A stretch of 28,803 bases of DNA, from the NCBI GenBank assembly GCA_963676915.2, contig CAXXVK010000045.1, forward strand, positions 1 through 28,803, given 5' to 3'. Each line of letters begins with the position of its first letter. Within the stretch, counting starts at the first letter, position 1. The notes below the pieces were generated by a model, which was not told where the DNA came from, did not search any database, and saw nothing but the letters and a program-made list of their open reading frames with translations. The position numbers and the translations under genes are program-made. This DNA is from Myxococcota bacterium. Its GTDB lineage: Bacteria; Myxococcota_A; SURF-8; G963663525. This document shows, piece after piece, positions 10,391 through 19,639 of the stretch.

Positions 10391-10429
10391 CAGCACCAAG
10401 CCAGACCCATCCAGAAAATTGGAACCCCG

Positions 10430-10609
10430 TACCCCGCATACTTCATGAGGATCGTAGCGAGACGCCGAAAACCGAAGAACTTTCATGAAGTTGGAGTGAT
10501 TTTTTAACGGAAGCAACCTTGACAGGTTGTTGAGGTTAAAAATCGGGAAACGAATGAAAGATCAAGAGTTTTCAAGTCGTAGGTGATTCTTCATGAATAA
10601 TGCGGGGTA
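10430..10609 (+). mobile_element. MITE-like element, copy 1 (176 bp plus TA flanks)
   Basis: TA-ccccgcatacttcatgaggatc...gattcttcatgaataatgcgggg-TA. Imperfect ~25-bp terminal inverted repeats, non-coding, and homologous to 15598-15777 and 22831-23011. Confidence 0.85.
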
Positions 10610-10707
10610 AGCCCGCAGCTTTGCAAAGACAGGCAAAAGCCACCCTTGAAAAATATTATGGGTAATCTTTAAAGCAGAATTTTTACCGTTACGTCTCGCT
10701 CGTTCTC

Positions 10708-11169
10708 CTAATCGGCGTTGCAGCTTTCCGTGACGGAATTCTTCACGCTGCAGTCATCCACACGGCGACATGGATCCCCCAAACGCTTGACGACCCACAT
10801 ATCCTTGGGTTGGTCACTGTCCAGGTTGGCTTCGGCTTTAATTACGTAGTCGTTGTTGGTCGCCCGCACTACGGTCAAACGATACCTCGATTTGGGATCG
10901 GTAACGTTCAGATAGTTGCTGTTGTCCAAATCGAGACCCAACAGGTTCATCTTGCTCTTGATGCTGTCAGGAAGCTGATAGGAACCCCAGCGAGCCTTGT
11001 ATTTTTCAATGGACATGCGGGCAGACATCAGCAGACTCATGGCGTTTTCCTGTCGTCCATGACAGATACGCGATGTGTAGGAAGGATAGGCAATGGCGGC
11101 CAGCACTCCGATAATTGCAATAGCCACCATTAGCTCGATCAAGGTAAACGCTTTGTTTTTATTGAACAT
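10708..11169 (-). CDS. pilE: PilE-like type IV (minor) pilin
   Basis: KA|FTLIELMVAIAIIGVLAAIAYPSY, PilE-style GRQENAMSLLMSARMSIEKYKARWGSY, YVIKAEA and C-terminal cysteines. Confidence 0.8.
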   Translation of the reverse strand: MFNKNKAFTLIELMVAIAIIGVLAAIAYPSYTSRICHGRQENAMSLLMSARMSIEKYKARWGSYQLPDSIKSKMNLLGLDLDNSNYLNVTDPKSRYRLTVVRATNNDYVIKAEANLDSDQPKDMWVVKRLGDPCRRVDDCSVKNSVTESCNAD

Positions 11170-11193
11170 TTTACACTTCCTTCACCCGTCGAT

Positions 11194-12396
11194 TTACGTA
11201 TGAGAACCCATGGTAAAGATCGGCATGTACATGGCCAAAAGAATCACGGCGACGATACCACCGAGAAAGACCATGACGAGAGGTTCCAAAAACGAGGTCA
11301 ACCCATCCACCGCAACATCGACTTCCTCATCGTAGAAGTCTGCGATTTTACCCAACATACTATCGAGCGAACCCGTCGTTTCACCGACCGCGATCATCTG
11401 AACGACCATCGGAGGAAAGATGCCGGTAGCCATCAATGGTTCGGCCATGTTCTTACCTTCCATCACCCGGTCTCGAACGTTTTGAATCGCCTTTTCGATC
11501 ACCATGTTACCTGCCGCTTTTTCGACCGTCTCCATGGCTTGAAGAATCGGAATACCCGAGCTGATCATCGTACCCATGGTTCGGCAAAAACGCGCCACGG
11601 CGATTTTGCGGATAGTGTCTCCAATTACGGGTAACTTGAGGCCGAGAACATCGATCCACCACCGGGTGGCCTGCACCTTGAATACCGTTTTGAGCACAAC
11701 GTAAAAAGCACCGATTACCAGCAAAATCAGGAAAATGTTGTCCACGAAAAAGTCGGACGTATCCATAACGAACAGCGTAATCGGAGGCAAATCGCTACCC
11801 AGATCCCGGAAGATGCTGGCAAACGTGGGAATAACGTAGACCATCAAACCGATGACGACACAGATCGACACGACAGCGACAATGGCCGGATATGTCATGG
11901 CGGATTTCACTTTTTGTTTCAACTGATCCGCTTTTTCGATGTACTGCGCGAGACGTTCTAAAATCGTATCCAGAATACCACCCAACTCACCGGCGGATAT
12001 CAGTGCAATATAGAGATCGTCGAACACCGACTTGTGCTTTTCCAGGGCCGCAGCGAAGGTCGATCCCGATTCGACATCGTTTTTCACGTCGAACAGCACT
12101 TTTTGCATCACGGCATCATCGTTCTGGGCCGCAAGAATCTCGAGTCCCTGAACGAGCGGAAGACCGGCATCGATCATCGTGGCAAACTGCCGGGTAAAGA
12201 TAATCAGACTTTTTTTCTGAATTTTCGGTTCGAAGCCCGGAATACGGATTTCAATTCCGGCCATTTTGGTCACGGTCGGATTGACGATGCCCTGTTGTTT
12301 CAAACGCGTCGTCACCGCCTGCTCGTTCGCGGCCGTCATGGTTCCTTTTTGAACCTTGCCGTCCCGGCCCTGAACTTCCCATTTAAAAGTTGGCAT
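11194..12396 (-). CDS. pilC: Type IV pilus platform protein PilC (T2SSF family)
   Basis: FTRQFATMIDAGLPLVQGL, GELGGILDTILERLA, KVKSAMTYP, MIAVGETTGSLDSMLGKIADFYDEEVD and AMYMPIF. Confidence 0.97.
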   Translation of the reverse strand: MPTFKWEVQGRDGKVQKGTMTAANEQAVTTRLKQQGIVNPTVTKMAGIEIRIPGFEPKIQKKSLIIFTRQFATMIDAGLPLVQGLEILAAQNDDAVMQKVLFDVKNDVESGSTFAAALEKHKSVFDDLYIALISAGELGGILDTILERLAQYIEKADQLKQKVKSAMTYPAIVAVVSICVVIGLMVYVIPTFASIFRDLGSDLPPITLFVMDTSDFFVDNIFLILLVIGAFYVVLKTVFKVQATRWWIDVLGLKLPVIGDTIRKIAVARFCRTMGTMISSGIPILQAMETVEKAAGNMVIEKAIQNVRDRVMEGKNMAEPLMATGIFPPMVVQMIAVGETTGSLDSMLGKIADFYDEEVDVAVDGLTSFLEPLVMVFLGGIVAVILLAMYMPIFTMGSHT

Positions 12397-12412
12397 ATAT
12401 CAATCCTCCGCT

Positions 12413-13515
12413 TTAGATCGGAATTCCGGCAAAACGTTTCTTGGGTTTATCTTTCGCCTGTTGAATGGTCGCTCTCAATTCCGCCGCTTCCGGGGAAAAT
12501 TTAAGAGCCTCCTCAACCGAAATGATACCCGACTGCAAAAGACCGAACAATGACTGGTTCATCGTCTGCATCCCATGCGCTCCCTGTCCCGATTGCATGG
12601 TTCCGTAAATCTGGTGAACTTTATCTTCCCGGATCAACGAACGAATCGCCGAATTGGGAATCAGAATCTCCATCGCCAAGGCCCGTCCCGAACCTTTGGC
12701 TTTGGGAACCAGACATTGTGTCACGATGCCGGTAAGCACGAAAGACACCTGTGCACGCACCTGATTCTGCTGGTGCGGCGGGAACATATCGATGATACGG
12801 TGAATCGTCTGCACCGTTGTGTTGGTATGTAATGTAGCGAACACCAAGTGGCCCGTTTCGGCAATCGTCAGGGTCGTTTCCACGGTTTCCAGGTCGCGGA
12901 TTTCACCGACCAGCACGACATCCGGGTCTTGCCGCAAAATATACCGGAGCGCATTGGCGAACGATCGCGTATCCGCTCCGACTTCCCGCTGGTTGATAAT
13001 CCCGCTTTTGTGGGGATGAAGGAACTCGATCGGATCTTCAATGGTAATGATGTGGGCATTGCGCTCGGCGTTGATCAAATCGATGATCGAGGCCAGCGTC
13101 GTGGTTTTCCCGAACCGGTCGGTCCCGTCACCAGCACCAGCCCCCGAGGCTGATAGGCCAACTCCTGCACGACCGAAGGAACTCCAAGATCCCGAAACGG
13201 CATGATTTTGAAAGGAATCGTTCGAAATGCCCCGGCGATAGCGCCCCGTTGAACGAAGATATTAGCCCTGAATCGAGCCAGCCCTTTCACACCGAATGAA
13301 AGGTCAAGCTCCTGATCTTTTTCGAATTTGGCTTTTTGCGCCTCTGTAAGAATCGAATAACAAAGCTGTTTTGTATCGGCGGGCGTCATCGGCGCCACTT
13401 TGATCGGCATCAGGCGACCGTCGATACGCAACTGTGGAGGCGCACCGGTGGTAATATGCAGATCGCTCGCCCCCCGCTCGATCATGGTTTTCAACAATGT
13501 ATGCAAATTAAGCAT
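12413..13515 (-). CDS. pilT: Type IV pilus retraction ATPase PilT, split by a -1 frameshift in Walker A (13105-13108)
   Basis: GASDLHITTGAPP, RFRANIF, GLVLVTGPTGSGK/TTTLASIIDLIN, HIITIEDPIEF, LRQDPDVVLVGEIRD, GHLVFATLHTN, AIRSLIRE and GMQTMNQSL. Adding one T to TTTT restores GSGKTTT and joins ORFs 13075..13554 and 12413..13078. Confidence 0.95.
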
Positions 13516-13580
13516 GAAACACCCCAGGTTGATAGCGAAACCGGCGTCCGACACAAAAGAACGAACACCACGGAAAACCG

Positions 13581-15299
13581 TTAATCGGGGGACGTATTTC
13601 GCAGAACTTCCTCGATGCTGGTAACCCCATCGACCAATTTGCGCAGACCCGACTGCCTCAGGGTCTGCATACCCAAACGAATGGCTTCACGTTTGAGTTC
13701 CACAGCCGACGCGCCGTTGAGCACGAAGTCTTTGAGCTCTTCTTTGAACGGCATGACTTCGTACAGAGCCACACGACCTTTGAAGCCCGTGTTTGCGCAA
13801 TATTTGCAACCTTTTCCAATCTTGGCGTCGGTACCTTCGGCCTGTTCCGGGTCCATACCGGCGTCGATCAGCGACTGCACGGGTACTTCGACACTTTCCT
13901 TGCATTCGGTGCAGATCCGGCGGCTGAGACGCTGGGCCACAACGCAGACGACCGACGCAACGACGAGGAACGGCTCGACACCCATGTTCAACAGACGGGA
14001 AATCGTCGAAGGCGCGTCGTTGGTATGCAAGGTGGACAACACGACGTGTCCGGTCAATGCCGCCTTGATCGCGATTTCCGCCGTTTCGAAGTCGCGGATC
14101 TCACCGACCATGATGATGTCCGGGTCTTGCCGCAGGAAGCTACGCAGCGACGAAGCGAAGTTCAAGCCGATATCGTCGTGCATGTGCACCTGGTTGATGC
14201 CTCGAAGCTGGAATTCCACCGGGTCTTCGGCGGTGGAGATGTTCACCTCGGGGGTGTTGATTTCGGTCATTGCCGAATACAGCGTGGTGGTTTTTCCCGA
14301 ACCGGTCGGTCCGGTAACCAGAATCATACCCCACGGACGGTGAATGGCGTCCTGGAAATCTTTGAGCGGCTCCTCATCGAAACCGAGCTTGGTCATGTCG
14401 AGCTGGAGGTTTTCCTTGTCGAGCAGCCGGAGCACGACTTTCTCTCCGAAAATCGTAGGCAACGTACTGACACGGAAGTCCATTTCGCGACCCTTGCCGA
14501 GTTTGAGTTTCATACGGCCGTCCTGAGGCAGCCGCCGCTCGGCGATGTCGAGTTCGGACATAATCTTCAAACGCGAGATGATCGCGAAACGCAGCTTCAA
14601 CGGCGGCTTCATCACCTCGTACAACACACCGTCGATGCGGTACCGCACCCGGAAGTATTTTTCGTACACTTCCACGTGAATGTCCGAGGCGTGCTTTTTG
14701 ATGGCGTCGATCAGCATCAGGTTGACGAGTTTGACGACCGGGGCCTGGTCGGCCTGGTTTTCCAGGTCAACGATGTTGCCCAGTTCTTCTTCTTCCTCGA
14801 AGTCGACGGTTTCGATTTCATCTTCGTCGAAACCATCCATCAACTCGTCGTATTCCTCGATCTCCTCTTCTTCCTCGATGCTGTAATAGTGCTCGATGGC
14901 TTCTTTGATCGAGTTTTCGGAGGCGACAACGACTTCGACGTTGAAGCTCGTCAGGAACTTGATATCGTCGATGGCGAAGATATTGGAGGGGTCCGGCATG
15001 GCCACGACCAGCGACGATCCGGCCTGATTGACCGCGATCACCGTATGTTTTTCGGCTACGTCGCGAGGTATCAACTTGATGATTTCAGGGGAGATTTCGA
15101 AATCGTCCAGATTGATCGAAGGAACGCCGTATTGCTTGGAAATGAAATCCGTAAGCTGCTGTTCGTCGAGATACCCGAGCTTCGTGAGATTGTATCCGAG
15201 ACGCCCGCCCTCGTTGGCGGAAAGATCCTGCGCCTTCTTCAACTGGGCCTGGGTGATCATGTTTTCACGAATCAAGAGCTGGCCGAGGCGACTACCCAT
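13581..15299 (-). CDS. pilB: Type IV pilus extension ATPase PilB
   Basis: MshEN-like N-terminus RLGQLL...RLGYNL, acidic linker, ASDIHVE, DIAERRLPQDGR, GPTGSGKTTT, LRQDPDIIMVGEIRD, GHVVLSTLHTN and the tetracysteine motif CTEC...CKYC. ATG at 15299. Confidence 0.97.
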   Translation of the reverse strand: MGSRLGQLLIRENMITQAQLKKAQDLSANEGGRLGYNLTKLGYLDEQQLTDFISKQYGVPSINLDDFEISPEIIKLIPRDVAEKHTVIAVNQAGSSLVVAMPDPSNIFAIDDIKFLTSFNVEVVVASENSIKEAIEHYYSIEEEEEIEEYDELMDGFDEDEIETVDFEEEEELGNIVDLENQADQAPVVKLVNLMLIDAIKKHASDIHVEVYEKYFRVRYRIDGVLYEVMKPPLKLRFAIISRLKIMSELDIAERRLPQDGRMKLKLGKGREMDFRVSTLPTIFGEKVVLRLLDKENLQLDMTKLGFDEEPLKDFQDAIHRPWGMILVTGPTGSGKTTTLYSAMTEINTPEVNISTAEDPVEFQLRGINQVHMHDDIGLNFASSLRSFLRQDPDIIMVGEIRDFETAEIAIKAALTGHVVLSTLHTNDAPSTISRLLNMGVEPFLVVASVVCVVAQRLSRRICTECKESVEVPVQSLIDAGMDPEQAEGTDAKIGKGCKYCANTGFKGRVALYEVMPFKEELKDFVLNGASAVELKREAIRLGMQTLRQSGLRKLVDGVTSIEEVLRNTSPD

Positions 15300-15382
15300 C
15301 TGGCACCCTTTCTGAATCGGTCCGGAAAAAACACGGACCGCTAGATTTGAGTCTACGTACACAAAAGATTGCTCTAACTATA

Positions 15383-15411
15383 ATTATGACGAAAAAACAA
15401 GAGAAGGTCAA
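15383..15411 (-). promoter_or_regulatory. Sigma70-type promoter for pilBTC
   Basis: Minus strand reads TTGACC-17 nt-CATAAT in an AT-rich region, 84 bp upstream of the pilB ATG. Confidence 0.6.
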
Positions 15412-15597
15412 GGTAATCCCCATAGGGGCGGAAATTAAAAAAAGTATGATTGTTTACCGATAGCCTTTGTAAGCCTTTGTAATTAAAGTATTTTTTAACT
15501 ATTTACCGGAACAAGGTTCCCGTCTTGCTCCAAGCATCTGTCTTTTACGATGCACGATCCTTGCTGAAGTTGTGTTCGAATGATGTGTATCTTCCTT

Positions 15598-15777
15598 TAA
15601 CCCGCATATTTCATGAGGATCGTAGCGAGACGCCGAAAACCGAAGAGCTTTTATGAAGTTGGAGCGATTTTCACCCGCAGGCATACTGAACTGTCTGTCG
15701 AGGATGAAAATCGGGAAACGAGTGAAAGATCGAGAGTTTTCAAGTCGTAGTAGATTCGTCATGAATTATTCGGGTTA
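15598..15777 (+). mobile_element. MITE-like element, copy 2
   Basis: TA-acccgcatatttcatgaggatc...gattcgtcatgaattattcgggt-TA, 176 bp. Same family as copy 1, with a more diverged centre. Confidence 0.85.
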
Positions 15778-16202
15778 AAGTTGAAAAATCTCAGCTCAGG
15801 TGATTTGCAGCCGTTGCTCATTGGTTTTCGTGATCCTTTTCATAGTGGGTACCATGAGTCAACCGAAGCGAAAACCATGGCGTTCGTCGTTTCCATGGTT
15901 TTCCATCGCCGGAATCAAAGGTTAACCAGAAGTGATTTGAATACGCTTTTTAACAATCAGCCAACCCCTCAACATTTTCTCTCAAACCAACCCACCTATG
16001 AAGTCCTAACTCTCTGATTACTATAGACTATTTTAAATATCCGAGTGGATTTTCATTCTATTTTGCACCTCCTTGTATACAAGATCCGCAACCCGAAACA
16101 CCCATCGAATTTTCACGAAAACCTCCCCGCCATTGATCTCTTTACCCCTGCGGTGCTATCGTATCCCCCGACGCCCCAAGCACCATCCCGTGAGGAGGGA
16201 CC

Positions 16203-19199
16203 ATGACCCGTGTTCGTGATATGAAATACAGCGCTCGTTTCGAGGGATTTCGTTCGTTGATGCCTCGTAAGGTGAATACAATCCTTCTGGTATCTACCTT
16301 GTACGATGCTTTCGTTCTCGAAGAAGACGGCAGCCTGGGCGAACGTCTGTGGGACAAATACATGGGTATGGGCCTGACGATGCCCCCTCGCATCATGCAG
16401 GTTTCTTCCGCACAAGCGGCGTTGGAAACGATCCAGAACGAATCCATCGATCTCGTGTTGACCATGACCCGGCTTTCCGACCAAGATCCGCTGGCCTTCG
16501 CCGCCGATGTCAAAAAAATCGCCCCGAGCCTTCCCGTGGTGCTGCTGGCGACCGATCCGGGCGAGTTGAACGATCTTCCCGCTCCCCAGGATCGCGGAGC
16601 GGTGGACAAAATCTTCCTATGGAACAATCATTCGGAAATTCTGCTGGCTGTCGTCAAGTACGTGGAAGACCTGTGGAATGTCGAACACGATACCAAAAAC
16701 GGTGGCGTGCGGGTGATTCTGGTGATCGAAGATTCGGTGCAATATCTTTCGGAACTGCTTCCCGTACTGTACCGCGTGATCATGAAAATGACACGCAACC
16801 TGGTGGACGATGGCTTGGACGGTCTGCACAAACAGTTACGGATGCGCTCCCGAGCGAAAGTTCTTCATGCTGAAACCTACGAAGAAGGTCTGGAATACTT
16901 CAAAAAGTACAAAAACAACCTGATCGGTGTCGTTTCGGACGTTCGTTTCTGGCGCAAACAACAGGTCGATCCCAAAGCCGGTTTCGATCTGGCCCAGAAA
17001 ATCATACAGAGCGAAAAGGGCATTCCGATCATGCTGTATACCGCCGAACCGACGGAGGAAGTCGCCCGAAAAGCCAAAGAACTCGAAACCTATTTTCTCG
17101 ATAAAAACGCCGGGGATCGCAATAGCCAACTGAAAGATTTTCTTTCGCAATATGTCGGATTGGGCGACTTCATTTTTCGAATGCCCGATGGAAAATTTTT
17201 GGGGAAAGCCGCGAATGTCCACAAATTGAAACGACAGTTGCAGCATGTACCGATCGAATCGGTGGTCTATCATGCCCTTCGCAACGACTTTTCCCACTGG
17301 CTGGCCGCACGAACCGAACTGGTGATGGCCAACCGTCTGCGTCCCCGCAAAATGGCTGAATATCCCAATCCCGAGGCGGCACGCGAGCATATCGTCAGGA
17401 TCATCGAAGAGGTTCTCGCCGACAAGCAAAGCGACGTCATCGCCGAGTTTTCCGCAAAAAAACTGGCGCAGGACAGCCGTTTCATGCATTTGGGCGAAGG
17501 CTCGATGGGTGGCAAGGGACGCGGAATCGCATTCATGCGCTTTTTGCTGTCCAAACTCAAACTCGAAGAAACGTTTCCGGACGTACGGATCGAAGTTCCC
17601 CATACGGTGGTCATCGGAGCCAACGAATTCGAACGCTTCGTGAACGAGAACGATTTGCGCCAATTTGCAATGAACTGCAATGACATGCGCGAAATTCAGA
17701 AACGGTTTTTGGAAGGCCGGGTGCATCGGGATCTTAAAAACAGCCTGAAAACCTACATCCACAACGTCAAGCGTCCGATTGCGGTCCGCTCGTCGAGCAT
17801 TCTGGAGGACAGCCACCTCCAGCCTTTCGCCGGTCTGTATGCCACGTACATGCTACCCAACAGCGACAAAGACATCAACGCCCGATTGCGGCGCCTGCTT
17901 TACGCCATTCAACTGGTGTGGGCTTCCACCTTCGGTCCCGATCCGAAATCCTATTTCCGTTCCACCGTCCATCGCCAGGAAGACGAGAAAATGGCGGTCG
18001 TGATTCAGGAGTTGGTCGGCAATCGCCACGGAAAACGATTTTACCCGACATTTTCCGGTGTGGCGCAATCGTACAACTTTTATCCTATCGGTCCGATGCA
18101 ACCCGAAGACGGCCTGGTGCACCTTGCATTGGGGTTGGGAAAAATGGTGGTCGAAGGCGGGAAGGTGCTACGTTTCTGCCCCAAATATCCCGACGTGCTG
18201 CCTCAGTTCCCTACCAACGATGAATGGTTGAAATTCAGCCAGAAACAATTCTACGCTCTCGATATGGGGCAACCGGATATCGAAAACCACGCCGATCCCG
18301 ACGCCACCTTGCACTTGCAGGAGCTGGAACAGGCCGAAAAAGACGGCGTGCTGCGGCACGTCGCCTCGACCTACTACGGCCCGGACGACATCGTGCGGGA
18401 CACGCTCTCGGTCGATGGTCCCCGGCTGGTGTCTTTCGCCAACATCCGCAAGCGACGAATTCTGCCGCTGGCCGAAATCACCGAGACACTGCTCGAACAA
18501 TGCCGCGACGCCTTGGGCGGACCCATCGAAATCGAGTTCGCCGTCAATATGAACCCGAAATTGAAAAAACCGGTGTTCGCGGTATTGCAGGTCCGACCAT
18601 TGATCACCAAATGCGAACCGGGAGAAGTCGAAATCGATTCCCGGCATGTGAATCAAGCCTGGTGCCACTCCAAAACCGCGCTCGGCAACGGCTTTTTCGA
18701 CGACATCCGCGACGTCGTGTACGTTCCGCCCGAACGCTTCGACAAATCGAAAACGGCTGAAATTGCTAGAGAAATCGGTGAAATCAATCAGACGCTCGAA
18801 GCCGAGGGCCGCAAGTATGTGCTGCTGGGTTTCGGTCGCTGGGGATCGTCCGATCCATGGCTGGGCATCGGCGTCACCTGGTCGCAGATCTCCTCGGTGA
18901 AAGTTTTCGTCGAAGTCGCTTTGCCGGATTTCCGCATCGATCCATCCCAAGGCACCCATTTTTACCAGAACATGACTTCTCGCGGCATCGGCTACATTTC
19001 GGTACCGGATGGCCGGGACGACGAAAGGGTGGACTGGAAATGGCTCGAAGAGATTGAATCTCACAACGAAACCAAGTACTTGCGACATCTTCGTTTCGAA
19101 GACGGTCCCATCACCGTGCGCATCGACGGACGCCAGGGTGCCGGTGCGATTTTGAAGCCGGGAACGAGGAAGAAAGAGGATTCAGGGCTTTTGTCCTGA
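16203..19199 (+). CDS. Tandem receiver-domain / PEP-pyruvate-binding (PPDK_N, ATP-grasp) fusion protein
   Basis: GAGGAGGG RBS. Pseudo-receiver (IDLVLTM) followed by a receiver (VILVIED...GVVSDV...IMLYT...FLDK). PPDK_N motifs GSMGGKGRG, IAVRSSSILED, FAGLYATY, MAVVIQE, ALGLG and IEIEFA...LQVRP. C-terminal GRWGSSDPWLGI and PSQGTHF. Confidence 0.88.
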   Translation: MTRVRDMKYSARFEGFRSLMPRKVNTILLVSTLYDAFVLEEDGSLGERLWDKYMGMGLTMPPRIMQVSSAQAALETIQNESIDLVLTMTRLSDQDPLAFAADVKKIAPSLPVVLLATDPGELNDLPAPQDRGAVDKIFLWNNHSEILLAVVKYVEDLWNVEHDTKNGGVRVILVIEDSVQYLSELLPVLYRVIMKMTRNLVDDGLDGLHKQLRMRSRAKVLHAETYEEGLEYFKKYKNNLIGVVSDVRFWRKQQVDPKAGFDLAQKIIQSEKGIPIMLYTAEPTEEVARKAKELETYFLDKNAGDRNSQLKDFLSQYVGLGDFIFRMPDGKFLGKAANVHKLKRQLQHVPIESVVYHALRNDFSHWLAARTELVMANRLRPRKMAEYPNPEAAREHIVRIIEEVLADKQSDVIAEFSAKKLAQDSRFMHLGEGSMGGKGRGIAFMRFLLSKLKLEETFPDVRIEVPHTVVIGANEFERFVNENDLRQFAMNCNDMREIQKRFLEGRVHRDLKNSLKTYIHNVKRPIAVRSSSILEDSHLQPFAGLYATYMLPNSDKDINARLRRLLYAIQLVWASTFGPDPKSYFRSTVHRQEDEKMAVVIQELVGNRHGKRFYPTFSGVAQSYNFYPIGPMQPEDGLVHLALGLGKMVVEGGKVLRFCPKYPDVLPQFPTNDEWLKFSQKQFYALDMGQPDIENHADPDATLHLQELEQAEKDGVLRHVASTYYGPDDIVRDTLSVDGPRLVSFANIRKRRILPLAEITETLLEQCRDALGGPIEIEFAVNMNPKLKKPVFAVLQVRPLITKCEPGEVEIDSRHVNQAWCHSKTALGNGFFDDIRDVVYVPPERFDKSKTAEIAREIGEINQTLEAEGRKYVLLGFGRWGSSDPWLGIGVTWSQISSVKVFVEVALPDFRIDPSQGTHFYQNMTSRGIGYISVPDGRDDERVDWKWLEEIESHNETKYLRHLRFEDGPITVRIDGRQGAGAILKPGTRKKEDSGLLS

Positions 19200-19251
19200 G
19201 ACATAGCGGGTGTCATGGACCAACAGCAGGTTGCCCATGTTTCGTTTCCAA

Positions 19252-19517
19252 GTAGGTCGGGCAAATTTTTTGCCCGACAATATCAAAGTGGTGGCCTAGA
19301 AAGTAGCCTGACCTCCGCTTGCTGACAAAGCTATATCGTCATCTTTAAACTTCAATATAGTCAAGAAGTTACAGACGGATAAATTGTTCAAAACGGGGTT
19401 AATCCATGGCCTTTGTCGGGCTAGAAATTAGCCCGACCTACTTCCTATCATGCATCGAAAACATCTCGCGTAGCCCGACACCTTGGCATTGTCGGGCAAG
19501 AAATTTGTCCGACCTAC
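19252..19517. repeat. Cluster of GTAG-family REP palindromes
   Basis: GTAG-GTCGGGCAAA-TTT-TTTGCCCGAC at 19252-19278 (+). GTCGGGCTA-GAAAT-TAGCCCGAC-CTAC at 19415-19441 (-). GTCGGGCAA-GAAAT-TTGTCCGAC-CTAC at 19491-19517 (-). Half copy TAGCCCGACA at 19471-19480. Confidence 0.8.
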
Positions 19518-19639
19518 TTCCTCGTGACGATCTTCATGAATTATGCAGGCTAACCGAACGAATCATTTGCCAGGTCGAGGGAAAGAGGGTACGTTTATCC
19601 GCATAGAATACAAGCTATCAGGAAAAGGAGTACCGACCG

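Noticed and set aside
10519-10545. TTGACA in MITE copy 1 as a mobile promoter
   Set aside because: There is no properly spaced -10 box, and the hexamer is not conserved in the other copies.
12413-13515. pilT as two genes, a programmed frameshift or a pseudogene
   Set aside because: One missing base in a 4-5 nt run explains the split, all motifs are otherwise intact, and similar indels occur across the window.
1243-15344. Long plus-strand ORFs (1243..2286, 3994..5235, 6523..7755, 8235..9002, 14025..15344)
   Set aside because: They are antisense to well-supported minus-strand genes and have no recognisable motifs.
15499-15762. ORFs sharing LRFSASRYDPHE (also 22925..23410), and 10256..10507
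   Set aside because: They are translations of MITE sequence. Starts and stops are not conserved between copies and there are no transposase motifs.
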